64,000 nucleotides of DNA from Polyangiales bacterium (lineage in GTDB: Bacteria > Myxococcota_A > Polyangia > Polyangiales > Polyangiaceae): the NCBI GenBank assembly GCA_038230375.1, contig JBBRNJ010000017.1:57501-121500 (forward strand), written 5' to 3'. The position numbers and the translations under genes were made by a program. This document shows, piece after piece, positions 48,203 through 57,736 of the stretch. Below the pieces are notes generated by a model, which worked only from the letters and a program-made list of their open reading frames with translations, ran no database searches and had not been told where the DNA came from. Every line of letters begins with the position of its first letter. Positions within the stretch are counted from its first letter, which is position 1.

Positions 48203-48847
48203 ATGCTCCTCGGACAAGCATTCTTCGGGCTCTGCGCGGCGCTGGCCATCATCGGCGCCCTCTCCACCGTCATCGCCAAGAACCCGATTCGCGGCGCCAT
48301 GGGACTGCTGCTCATGATCGTCGCGGTCGCCGGTCTGTTCCTTGCGCTCCACGCGCAGTTCCTCGCGGCCATCCAGCTCATCGTCTACGCAGGCGCCATC
48401 GTCGTTCTCTTCCTCTTCGTGATCATGCTGCTCGGACCTGCATCCCAGTCGCCGAGCGACCAGCGCGGACAGATCGTACGCAGCCTGGGCGCTGCGCTCT
48501 TCACCGGCAGCGGGCTCACCGGCGCGTACTACGCGTGGCACACCGCGCCGGCCATGAAGAAGCTGCTCGACTCGCCCCCGACCGACTTCGGCAGCATCGA
48601 CACCATCGGCCGCGTGCTCTTCTCGGACGGTATCGTCCCGTTCGAGCTCTCCAGCGGTCTCCTCATGGTCGCGATCGTCGGCGCCGTCGCGGTCGCGCGC
48701 GGCAAGCACCGCACCGACGACTCGCACAACGGCCAGGGCGAGCTCCTGAACTCGCGCCGCTCAGACCATGACGCGAAAGACGCGAGTGACGCGAAAGACG
48801 CGAGCGATGCGCGCACCACGAAGCCTGCGAAGGAGGTGACCACGTGA
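48203..48847 (+). CDS. nuoJ: NADH-quinone oxidoreductase subunit J
   Basis: QLIVYAGAIVVLFLFVIML, PFEL; short DAKDAS tandem repeat in the tail. Confidence 0.95.
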   Translation: MLLGQAFFGLCAALAIIGALSTVIAKNPIRGAMGLLLMIVAVAGLFLALHAQFLAAIQLIVYAGAIVVLFLFVIMLLGPASQSPSDQRGQIVRSLGAALFTGSGLTGAYYAWHTAPAMKKLLDSPPTDFGSIDTIGRVLFSDGIVPFELSSGLLMVAIVGAVAVARGKHRTDDSHNGQGELLNSRRSDHDAKDASDAKDASDARTTKPAKEVTT

Positions 48848-49149
48848 TCCCCGTCGAGTTCTACGTCGCGCTCTCCTTCGTGCTCTTCCTCATCGGAGGC
48901 GTTGGCTTCCTCGCTCGCCGCAACGTGATCGTCACGCTGATGAGCATCGAGATCATGCTCAACGCGGTGAACCTCGCGTTTGTCGCGTTCAACCGCGGCA
49001 TGACCGAGACCCACACGGGCCAGATCTTCGCGTTCTTCCTCATCGCAGCGGAGGCCGCAGAAGTTGCTGTGGGCCTCGCGATCGTCCTTTCCCTCTTCCG
49101 TCTGCGGCGCTCGGTCCGCACGGACGAGGCCGACCTCCTCCGGAACTGA
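48844..49149 (+). CDS. nuoK: NADH-quinone oxidoreductase subunit K
   Basis: RRN, SIEIMLNAVNL, AAEVAVGLA. Confidence 0.95.
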   Translation: MIPVEFYVALSFVLFLIGGVGFLARRNVIVTLMSIEIMLNAVNLAFVAFNRGMTETHTGQIFAFFLIAAEAAEVAVGLAIVLSLFRLRRSVRTDEADLLRN

Positions 49150-49160
49150 GCAAGAACCTC

Positions 49161-51743
49161 ATGCTGCTCTCACTCTTTCCACAGAACGACTTCTCGCTGA
49201 TCGCGGTCATCCTCGGGATGCCGCTGCTCGGCGCCTTCATCAACGGCGTGTGGGGCAAGCGCCTCGGCAAGGACGCTGTCCGGCTCATGGCGCTCAGCGC
49301 CATCGCCATCAGCTTCGTTGCCGCGCTGCTCACGGTGAGCGCGCTCTACGGCGCCGCCAACGCGACGGAGGCCGCGCACGGCGGTCACGCAGAGCACGTG
49401 AAGCTCTCGTGGCTCGCGTGGGAGTGGATGCACACCACCGGCGGTCGCGAGGCGAACGTCCCGATCGACCTGAAATTCAGCGTGGACACGCTCTCCGCCA
49501 CCATGATGCTCGTCATCACGGGCGTGGGCTTCCTCATCCACCTCTACGCCAGCTCGTACATGGAGAAGGACAAGGCCTACTGGCGGTTCTTCTGTTACCT
49601 GAACCTGTTCATCTTCTCGATGCTGCTGCTCATCCTCGGAGACAACCTTCCGGTTCTCTTCGTCGGGTGGGAGGGCGTCGGTCTCTGCTCGTACCTCCTC
49701 ATCGGCTTCTGGTACGGCAAGACGCCGAACGCCAGCGCCGGCAAGAAGGCGTTCATCGCGAACCGCATCGGTGACTTCGGCCTGATCTGCGCCATGTTCC
49801 TGCTCGTCCACTACACGGGCGCGCTCGACTGGGGCGGTATCGAGAACGGCGCTGGCTCGCTGGTCACCACGGCGAAGAGCACGCGCATCCACCTCTGGCC
49901 CATCGGCGGCGGTGAGTTCGTCGGTCGTCTCGCGTTCCTCCAGCCGCACCACCCGATCACGATCAGCGCAGCGACCGCCGTCGGCCTCGCGCTGCTCCTT
50001 GGCTGCACGGGCAAGAGCGCCCAGCTGCCGCTGTATGTGTGGCTCCCGGACGCGATGGCCGGTCCGACACCCGTGTCGGCGCTCATCCACGCGGCCACCA
50101 TGGTCACGGCAGGCATCTATCTCGTCTGCCGCATGTCGTTCGTCTTCGTGCTGTCGCCGTTCGTGATGGTGCTCATCGCATGCGTAGGCGCTGCAACAGC
50201 CCTATTTGCGGCGACAATAGCGCTGGTACAGAACGATATAAAAAAGGTCCTCGCCTACTCCACCGTGAGCCAGCTCGGCTTCATGTTCATGGGCGTTGGC
50301 GTTGGCGCGTTCACGGCGGGCTTCTTCCACGTCCTCACGCACGCATTCTTCAAGGCCTGCCTCTTCCTCGGGGCCGGCAGCGTCATCCACGCGATGCACG
50401 CGCGCATCCACGACGACGACAAGTCACAGGACATGCGGTTCATGGGCGGCCTGCGCAAGCACATGCCCTACACCTTCTGGACCTTCACCTTCGCCACGCT
50501 CGCGATCATCGGCTTCCCGCTGACGTCGGGCTTCTTCTCGAAGGACGAGATCCTCTTCCGCGCCTGGGTGAACCACCCGGTCTCGCCGTACGCGGAGCGC
50601 GTATCCACCATGTCGAAGGGCCACCTCCACCTGTACGAGCCGCCGACCTGGATCGGGCCCACGCTCTACTTCGTGGGCCTGGCCGCGGCCACGCTCACGG
50701 CGTTTTACATGTGCCGTCTGCTGTTCCTCACCTTCTTCGGTGAGTTCCGCGGATGGACCATCGGACGCCCATCGATGCTCGCGAAGGCATCGGCCGCGAA
50801 GCACGACGACGCGCACGGCGACGACGACGACGACGACGACGATCATCACCACCACGAAGATCTCTCCGCGCCGGGCCACGCCCCGCACGAGTCTCCCTGG
50901 CAGATGACGGTACCGCTCATGATCCTTGCAGCGCTCTCGCTGTTCGCAGGCTTCCTGAACCCGTCGGTGTTCAAGGAGACATTGCACCTCGAGAACCTCC
51001 CGCTCGACAAGTGGCTCGACCCCGTCTTCGACGAGGCCGCCAAGGGCAGCGTCAAGGTCGCGGAGAACGCGCACCACATCGAGCTCTACCTGACGCTCGG
51101 CGCATTCGCGGCGTTCGCGGTCGGCTCCTACCTCTCCTACTGGATGTACATCCAGAAGAAGGGCGAGCCCGCCAAGCAGCTCGCGGAGAGCGCCGGCGCA
51201 CTCTACAGGGGCGCGCTCAACAAGTGGTACGTGGACGAGATCTACGAAGCCACCATCATCAACGGCACCGACGCGCTCGCGGACACCGCGGCGTCGTTCG
51301 ACCAGACCGTGGTGGACGGCATCATCGCTCGTCTCACCTCGCTCCTGGTCGCGGCGCTCGGCACCATCCTGCGCACCGTTCAGAACGGCGTGGTCCACGT
51401 GTACGCGGCCGTCATGGTCGTGGGCATCGCGGCCCTCGGGTTCTTCTTCGTGGTCCCGCACCCGGACGCGATCGTCACCGAGAAGAACGGCGACTACGTG
51501 CTCGAGGCGGCGCCCGGCTACGGCTACGGCTACCGCTGGTTCCCGGACGCGACTGGCAAGCCGCTGAACGAGATCTTCAACGGAGAGACCAAGCTCACGC
51601 TTCACCCGCAGGCGGGCAAGACCATCACCGCGAAGCTGGAGGTCGTGAACGCGTTCGGTCTCACCCGTGCGAAGGAGTTCACGGTCGAAAGACCCGCTGA
51701 CCCGTCCACCGACAAGAACATGAAGCTGGGGCAGAACCCATGA
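49161..51743 (+). CDS. nuoL: NADH-quinone oxidoreductase subunit L, extended (860 aa)
   Basis: GWEGVGLCSY, GKSAQLPL..WLPDAMAGPTPVSALIHAATMV, DIKKVLAYSTVSQLG. Confidence 0.97.
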   Translation: MLLSLFPQNDFSLIAVILGMPLLGAFINGVWGKRLGKDAVRLMALSAIAISFVAALLTVSALYGAANATEAAHGGHAEHVKLSWLAWEWMHTTGGREANVPIDLKFSVDTLSATMMLVITGVGFLIHLYASSYMEKDKAYWRFFCYLNLFIFSMLLLILGDNLPVLFVGWEGVGLCSYLLIGFWYGKTPNASAGKKAFIANRIGDFGLICAMFLLVHYTGALDWGGIENGAGSLVTTAKSTRIHLWPIGGGEFVGRLAFLQPHHPITISAATAVGLALLLGCTGKSAQLPLYVWLPDAMAGPTPVSALIHAATMVTAGIYLVCRMSFVFVLSPFVMVLIACVGAATALFAATIALVQNDIKKVLAYSTVSQLGFMFMGVGVGAFTAGFFHVLTHAFFKACLFLGAGSVIHAMHARIHDDDKSQDMRFMGGLRKHMPYTFWTFTFATLAIIGFPLTSGFFSKDEILFRAWVNHPVSPYAERVSTMSKGHLHLYEPPTWIGPTLYFVGLAAATLTAFYMCRLLFLTFFGEFRGWTIGRPSMLAKASAAKHDDAHGDDDDDDDDHHHHEDLSAPGHAPHESPWQMTVPLMILAALSLFAGFLNPSVFKETLHLENLPLDKWLDPVFDEAAKGSVKVAENAHHIELYLTLGAFAAFAVGSYLSYWMYIQKKGEPAKQLAESAGALYRGALNKWYVDEIYEATIINGTDALADTAASFDQTVVDGIIARLTSLLVAALGTILRTVQNGVVHVYAAVMVVGIAALGFFFVVPHPDAIVTEKNGDYVLEAAPGYGYGYRWFPDATGKPLNEIFNGETKLTLHPQAGKTITAKLEVVNAFGLTRAKEFTVERPADPSTDKNMKLGQNP

Positions 51744-53734
51744 GCGCCGCAGACTCAAAGCACGACACCACGACCCCGCCCGCGAGCGCGCCGAACGCAT
51801 GGGTGGTCCCCTCGATCACGCTGCTCGTGCTGTTCGCCGTGCTCACCGCCATCCTGTTCTTCGTGAACCGCGGCGATATCATCGGCCTTGCGGCGCCCGT
51901 CATCGTACCCGCGATCGTCGCGGCCCTCATCCCGCAGAAGCACGGCTGGCGCGTGCGCCTACCGCTCGCGATCTTCGCGGGGCTCGCGGTGATCTTCGTC
52001 AGCCGCATGATGCCGAGCGTCGCGGTCGACGCCACGGACGTCGCAGAAATCCCGAAGGAGCCGAAGACGCTCCTCTCATGGCTCCTCGCACTGCCCCTGC
52101 TCGGCGCAGTCGCGGTGCTCTTCATGCCGCGTCAGGCGCACAAGACGCTGCAGTGGACCACGCTCGGCATCATGCTCGTCACGCTCGCCGTGAGCCTTCC
52201 GCTCATGAGCATCACGTGGGGTCGCGGCTACCACTTGAACCAGGACATCCCCTGGATCGAGAGCGAGTCGCTGCACTTCAGCATCCACTATCACGTGGCC
52301 ATCGACGGCATCTCGTTCTGGCTCGTGATGCTGACCACGTTCATCGTCCCCATCGCCACCTACGCATCCTTCGGCTCGATCAACTCGCGCATCAAGGACT
52401 GGTGCTTCGCCCTTCTGCTGCTCGAAGGCGGGATGATCGGCGCGTTCATCTCGATGGACCTGTTCCTCTTCTACGTCTTCTGGGAGATCATGCTCATCCC
52501 GATGTACGTGATGATCGGCGTCTGGGGCGGCACGAACCGCATCAAGAGCGCGATCAAGTTCTTCCTCTACACGATGTTCGGCTCGCTCATGATGCTCGCC
52601 GCCATCCTGTACATGGCGTACACGTTCGGCAAAGCAGCGCCCGGCGGAATGACCAGCTTCGATTACTTCGAGCTCCAGCGGCTGGTCCTTCCGCGGCACA
52701 TCCAGATCTGGCTCTTCGGCGCGTTCGCGCTGTCGTTCCTCATCAAGGTGCCCATGTGGCCAGTCCACACGTGGTTGCCTGACGCCCACACCGAGGCTCC
52801 AACCGCGGGCAGCGTGATCCTGGCTGCCGTCATGCTCAAGATGGGCACGTATGGCTATCTCCGCTTCTGCGTCGGGCTCTTCCCCGAGGCGAGCGGTGAG
52901 TACGGCGCCACGCTCGCTGGTGTCGCGGTCCTCGGCGGCATCCTGTACGGCGCGCTATGCGCGTGGAAACAGGACGACGTGAAACGGCTCGTCGCCTATT
53001 CGTCCGTCGCCCACCTTGGCTACGTCATGCTCGGCATCTTTGCGGCCACGCAGGCGTCCATGGAAGGCGCCGTGCTGCAGATGGTGAACCACGGCATCTC
53101 CACCGGCGCGCTCTTCCTGCTGGTCGGGGTGGTCTACGACCGTCGTCACACGCGCCAGCTCGCGGACTTTGGCGGCCTCGCCAAGACCATGCCGGTGTAC
53201 GCGACCATGTTCGTCATCGCCACGCTCGCCAGCATTGGCCTGCCCGGCACGAACGGGTTCGTCGGCGAGTTCATGATCATCACGGGCACGTTCGTCTCGA
53301 ACAAGCTCGGTCACGTCGCGGGCATCCAGTCCGTCGGCGCGGCGATCGGCGTCATCCTGGGCGCGCTCTACATGCTGACAGCCGTCCAGAAGATGTTCTT
53401 CGGCCCCATCACCAAGAGCGAGAACAAGAGCGTGACCGACATCAACGGGCGCGAGCTCGTCGCGGTCGCGCCGCTCATCATCATGATCTTCGTGATTGGT
53501 TTGTTCCCCAACATCTTCCTGTCCGGCATGCGTGACGCCGTCGCGCGCGTCGCGTCGGATTACTCCGCACGCCTGGAGCCCGCGCCCGCGATGAACCAGC
53601 GTTATCTCACCGGCCCGATCGTCCTCAATCCACGGAGCGCAGACGCTCCTCCGGTCTACGTGAAACCCGACCCCGCAGCAGCAAAGACTGACCCCGCAGC
53701 AGCGGCCGGCGCGAACGGTGAGGCAAAGCAATGA
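51740..53734 (+). CDS. nuoM: NADH-quinone oxidoreductase subunit M, N-terminally extended (664 aa)
   Basis: FYVFWE, KVPMWPVHTWLPDAHTEAP, LKMGTYG, PGTNGFVGE. Confidence 0.96.
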   Translation: MSAADSKHDTTTPPASAPNAWVVPSITLLVLFAVLTAILFFVNRGDIIGLAAPVIVPAIVAALIPQKHGWRVRLPLAIFAGLAVIFVSRMMPSVAVDATDVAEIPKEPKTLLSWLLALPLLGAVAVLFMPRQAHKTLQWTTLGIMLVTLAVSLPLMSITWGRGYHLNQDIPWIESESLHFSIHYHVAIDGISFWLVMLTTFIVPIATYASFGSINSRIKDWCFALLLLEGGMIGAFISMDLFLFYVFWEIMLIPMYVMIGVWGGTNRIKSAIKFFLYTMFGSLMMLAAILYMAYTFGKAAPGGMTSFDYFELQRLVLPRHIQIWLFGAFALSFLIKVPMWPVHTWLPDAHTEAPTAGSVILAAVMLKMGTYGYLRFCVGLFPEASGEYGATLAGVAVLGGILYGALCAWKQDDVKRLVAYSSVAHLGYVMLGIFAATQASMEGAVLQMVNHGISTGALFLLVGVVYDRRHTRQLADFGGLAKTMPVYATMFVIATLASIGLPGTNGFVGEFMIITGTFVSNKLGHVAGIQSVGAAIGVILGALYMLTAVQKMFFGPITKSENKSVTDINGRELVAVAPLIIMIFVIGLFPNIFLSGMRDAVARVASDYSARLEPAPAMNQRYLTGPIVLNPRSADAPPVYVKPDPAAAKTDPAAAAGANGEAKQ

Positions 53735-55209
53735 TGCTCTTCTTCGCGCTCTCTCCTCTCGCCGTCGTCGGCGGCGGAGCCTTGCTCCTGATGCTCGTCG
53801 AGGCGCTCTCCAAGCGCAGCAACGGCCTCGCCATGGGCGCCACGATGATCTTCGCCGCGGGCCTCGCGCTCAGCGCAGGCGTCTGGCTCTACGGCGTCGA
53901 GGACATCCCCGGCCTGGAGGTGCTCGCGCCCTGGATCGTCGTCGACCGCTTCACGCTGTTCTTCGACGGTCTGCTCTGCCTCGCTGGCGTCCTCGCGTCG
54001 CTCCTGGCCGGCGGATATCTGCCCGAGCACAACATGAACCGCGGCGAGTTCTACTCGCTGCTCCTGTTCGCCACGTTCGGCGGAATGATGCTCGCCGCAT
54101 CGACGGACGCGCTGACGCTGTTCCTCGGCCTCGAGACCCTCTCCATTGGCGCCTACGCCATGACCGCGTTCCGTCGCACCTCCGCACGCTCTGCAGAGGG
54201 CGCGCTCAAGTACTTCCTCCTTGGCTCGTTTGCCGCGGCGATCCTCCTGTACGGCTTCGCGCTGCTCTACGGCGCCACAGGCCACACGGATCTCGCCGGC
54301 ATCGGCGGAGCCATCAAGTCAGGCACGAAGTACCCGGTGATGACGGTCATGGCGCTCGTCCTGATCCTTGTCGGCCTTGCATTCAAGGTATCCGCCGTTC
54401 CGTTCCACATGTGGACTCCGGACGCGTACGAAGGCGCGCCCACGCCGGCCACCACCTTCATGGCGGTCACCGTGAAGGCGGGCGCGTTTGCGATGATGCT
54501 TCGCGTCCTCCTCACCTGCTTCGGCGACGCAAAGTTCATGAGCTGGTCCTCGGGCTGGCCGCCCGCGCTCGCGACCATCGCGGTCATGACCATGACCGTG
54601 GCGAACCTGATCGCGGGTCGGCAGGAGTCCGTGAAGCGCATGCTCGCGTACTCCAGCATCGCGCATGCTGGCTACATCCTGGTCGGCGTCGTCGGTACCA
54701 TGCGCTCGGGCTCGCAGGCGAGCGCCAGCGTGCTCTTCTATCTGCTCACGTACACGGTCTCCACGGCGGGCGCGTTCGGCGCGCTCATCCTGTGCGGCCG
54801 TCGCGGCGCAGAGTCCGTGAGCTACGAGGACCTCGCGGGCATCGGCCGTCGCCACCCGGCGGCTGCCCTTCCCTTCGCGCTGTTCCTGATCTCGCTCGCC
54901 GGCATCCCGCCCACGGCTGGGTTCTTCGGCAAGTGGTTCATCTTCCGTGCTGCGATGGACGGCGGCCTCTACTGGCTCACGATCATCGCGTTCATCAACA
55001 GCGTGATCGGCGCGTACTACTACCTCCGCGTGCTGGTCTACATGTACATGCGCGAGCCGGCGGCAGGCGCGCCCATCGCGGTGCCCATGAAGAGCGGCTA
55101 CGTGAACGCTGCGCTGGTCGTCAGCGCGATCCTGGTGATCGTCCTCGGCCTCACCCCGGGCTCGTCGCTCGACGTGGCGGTCAAGGCTGCTGGGGTCTTC
55201 GGAGGCTGA
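53731..55209 (+). CDS. nuoN: NADH-quinone oxidoreductase subunit N
   Basis: EGALKYF, FKVSAVPFHMWTPDAYEGAP, KRMLAYSSIAHAGY. Confidence 0.97.
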   Translation: MMLFFALSPLAVVGGGALLLMLVEALSKRSNGLAMGATMIFAAGLALSAGVWLYGVEDIPGLEVLAPWIVVDRFTLFFDGLLCLAGVLASLLAGGYLPEHNMNRGEFYSLLLFATFGGMMLAASTDALTLFLGLETLSIGAYAMTAFRRTSARSAEGALKYFLLGSFAAAILLYGFALLYGATGHTDLAGIGGAIKSGTKYPVMTVMALVLILVGLAFKVSAVPFHMWTPDAYEGAPTPATTFMAVTVKAGAFAMMLRVLLTCFGDAKFMSWSSGWPPALATIAVMTMTVANLIAGRQESVKRMLAYSSIAHAGYILVGVVGTMRSGSQASASVLFYLLTYTVSTAGAFGALILCGRRGAESVSYEDLAGIGRRHPAAALPFALFLISLAGIPPTAGFFGKWFIFRAAMDGGLYWLTIIAFINSVIGAYYYLRVLVYMYMREPAAGAPIAVPMKSGYVNAALVVSAILVIVLGLTPGSSLDVAVKAAGVFGG

Positions 55210-55213
55210 GCGG

Positions 55214-56137
55214 ATGCGCGCCGCGCTCCTGACCCTCATCACCGTCGTCGCGACCTGTACCCAGGGTTGCAACGACCCTCCCAAGGCGTCATGGACCGAC
55301 GCTGCCGGGTCCTCGAATGACGCGGCGCCGGGAACCGATCCCGACGCAGCGCCCCTGATCAAGGCGATCCCGGTGCCTGCGGCCAGCGTCCTCGCAATGG
55401 TGAATCCGTACAGCTCACCCGCCTACGCGGGTCCGACGGGCAGCATCGAGGGCACTGTCTCCTACGTGGGCGATCCGCCAACCGACACGCCCACGAAGGC
55501 AGACGCCGCGAAGTGCCCACGCGCCGAGGCCGTGTACGGCAAGAGCTTCCGCCTTGGCGACACCACCGCGCAGGGCAAGGAGCTGCTGGACACGATCGTC
55601 GCCGTCACGGGCTACAAGGACTTCTACGTTCCGGAGAAGCACGAGGCCGTCAACATCGAGATCGACGGCTGCGCGATCACGCCGCGCACGATCACCCTCA
55701 CGTTCGGCCAGAAGCTGGACGTCAAGAACAAGGGGCCCGAGATCATCGCGCCCCTCATCGATCAGGGCACGAACGCGGTCATGATGGTCGCCGTGCCGCG
55801 CGCACCCGATCCGATCTCTCTCTACCCGAAGCGGCCCGGTCGGTTCGGCTTGACCGACCATCTGGGCAAGACGTTCATGCTGAACGACGTCTACGTGCTC
55901 CTCCACCCCCTGCACGCGGTCTCCGACGCCCACGGCCACTACCGCATCGACGGCGTGCCGGTCGGCAAGCTCACCGTGAACGCGACACACCCCGCGTTCG
56001 CGAGCGAGACGAATCAGCCCATCGAGATCCTTGCGGGCGTGGTCGTGAAGGCTGACCTCTTGGTCACGCAAAAGAAGCGCGATGGCGGCGCAGCCCCCGC
56101 CCCCACACCAGCCAGCTCTTTCCGCCCGCCGCGCTGA
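55214..56137 (+). CDS. Lipoprotein with cupredoxin-like and carboxypeptidase-regulatory-like beta-sandwich regions
   Basis: TQGC lipobox; GSIEGTV, IDGC.I.PR, HPLHAVSD..GHYRIDGVP; 4 bp after nuoN. Confidence 0.65.
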   Translation: MRAALLTLITVVATCTQGCNDPPKASWTDAAGSSNDAAPGTDPDAAPLIKAIPVPAASVLAMVNPYSSPAYAGPTGSIEGTVSYVGDPPTDTPTKADAAKCPRAEAVYGKSFRLGDTTAQGKELLDTIVAVTGYKDFYVPEKHEAVNIEIDGCAITPRTITLTFGQKLDVKNKGPEIIAPLIDQGTNAVMMVAVPRAPDPISLYPKRPGRFGLTDHLGKTFMLNDVYVLLHPLHAVSDAHGHYRIDGVPVGKLTVNATHPAFASETNQPIEILAGVVVKADLLVTQKKRDGGAAPAPTPASSFRPPR

Positions 56138-56140
56138 GCC

Positions 56141-57736
56141 TCACATCTCTGCGAGCTTGTGCTCGTAGGGGGTGCGCGCGAACGCACCCAGGCGCCGCTT
56201 GTCCTCGGTCTTCGTGGCCTGCGCGTCCAGGTTGACCCGCAGCGCGAGCAGCAACGGGTGCGGCGCGGAGCGCGTGAGCATCGTGCGCTCTGCCTCCGTG
56301 AGCGGCCGCGAACGACGCGCGCGCTCCAGCGTGGCGAACGTGATGAGAGGATCGCGACCGACCGCGTCAGAAGCCCGCGCGAGCAGCAACGCAGCACGGG
56401 CGTCGGGCTCGGTGGCGGGACGAAGCAGCCGCGCCAGTAGCTCGTGGCGCGCATCCAGATCGGGCAGCAATGGAGCGGCCTCACCGCGACGCAGTGCGAG
56501 CTCGAGCCGCTCCGCGTCTGTCTCGGGCGCGATCACGTCCGTGGCCGCGAGCTCCACCGCGAGGTCGATCACGAGGGCGTCGCGCCCATCGAGCGGAGCA
56601 TGCTTCGCGCGGTGACCGAAGAGCGACGCGACACCGGACCCGGCGCGCAACGCGAGTGAGGACGCGAGTGCCACGAACCCCGCGGTCGAGAGCTCACCTG
56701 AGCCTTGAAACACGGGCGTGGCATGCGCAAGGTCCGCCCTGGCTCCGAGCACCGCAAGGACCGCGCCGGCGTCAGCATCCTTCGCGTCGGCCGCGATCAC
56801 GTCGGCGGCCAGCGCCCTGGCCAGGTCTGGCTTGCCGAGCAAGAGGCCGCGGGCCGCGACCTCTCCGAGCCGGACGCGGCCGTGTGCGGCGACCCCTTCG
56901 ACGTGCGCACGATCGGCGCTCAGGATCGCGTGATCCACGGCGAGCCGCGCGACGAACGGCTCGACGGTCACGCCATCTGGCTTTCCCAGGACTGCGAGCG
57001 ATGCCACCTCGCGCGCGGCGGCCATGGCCCCCTGCCCGGCGAGCGCGACAGCCGCGCGGGACAACGGCGTGACCTTCTGCCGCCGCGCCGCGGACAGCCC
57101 GCGCGCCGCGTGGACTGCTAGCACGGCATCACCGTGCTCCGTGGACCACAAGAGCAGCGCGTCCCATGCCTCCGGGCGGTCCTCGAATGCGCGCGTGGCC
57201 GACAGCATTCGTGCGCGTGCCGCGTCCGGTGCGAGCTCTCGGCTCACCCGTGCGTCCAGCTCGGCGTTGCGCGGGTCGCTCGACGCGGCGGCGAGCAGCG
57301 CCCACGTCGCGTGTGCCGTGTCCTTCCGTGCGCTGGCGCACTCACCGTCCACTGCGAGAGCTACGGACAGCGACGGGTCGAGGGCCAGCGCCCGAGCGAG
57401 TGCCTCGTCGGCATCCTTCTGATGCCCGTGTATTCTACATGCAACGCGGGCAAGGTGCGCCCACACGAGCGGGTCTCTGTCGTCCACCGACAGGGCGTCC
57501 TTGTAGCGGGAGTACGCGAGCTCCGTACGGCCGTCCGCCTCTGCGAGAACGCCCGCAAGGAACGCCGAGTACGCCTCCGCAGGGACGTAGCGGGTCACCA
57601 TCACGTCGCCGTCCACGACGCGCACCACGTTCTCCTCCACGCCACAACCGGACGCCACCCCCATCGCGACAAGCGCCACGAGCGCCACGGGCAACGGGTG
57701 TGACGGCGCCGCAGCGCCCACGCGCGTGACCGTCAC
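56141..57736 (-). CDS. Ala-rich helical/TPR-like putative lipoprotein
   Basis: GTGA overlap with the hisC stop; ASGC lipobox; TPR-like helices (AYSRYKDALSVD, ARALALDP). Confidence 0.65.
   Translation of the reverse strand: MTVTRVGAAAPSHPLPVALVALVAMGVASGCGVEENVVRVVDGDVMVTRYVPAEAYSAFLAGVLAEADGRTELAYSRYKDALSVDDRDPLVWAHLARVACRIHGHQKDADEALARALALDPSLSVALAVDGECASARKDTAHATWALLAAASSDPRNAELDARVSRELAPDAARARMLSATRAFEDRPEAWDALLLWSTEHGDAVLAVHAARGLSAARRQKVTPLSRAAVALAGQGAMAAAREVASLAVLGKPDGVTVEPFVARLAVDHAILSADRAHVEGVAAHGRVRLGEVAARGLLLGKPDLARALAADVIAADAKDADAGAVLAVLGARADLAHATPVFQGSGELSTAGFVALASSLALRAGSGVASLFGHRAKHAPLDGRDALVIDLAVELAATDVIAPETDAERLELALRRGEAAPLLPDLDARHELLARLLRPATEPDARAALLLARASDAVGRDPLITFATLERARRSRPLTEAERTMLTRSAPHPLLLALRVNLDAQATKTEDKRRLGAFARTPYEHKLAEM

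Noticed and set aside
50178..50246. nuoL A-rich patch as a diversity-generating retroelement repeat
   Set aside because: No reverse transcriptase and no second copy of the segment in the window; the encoded protein is canonical.
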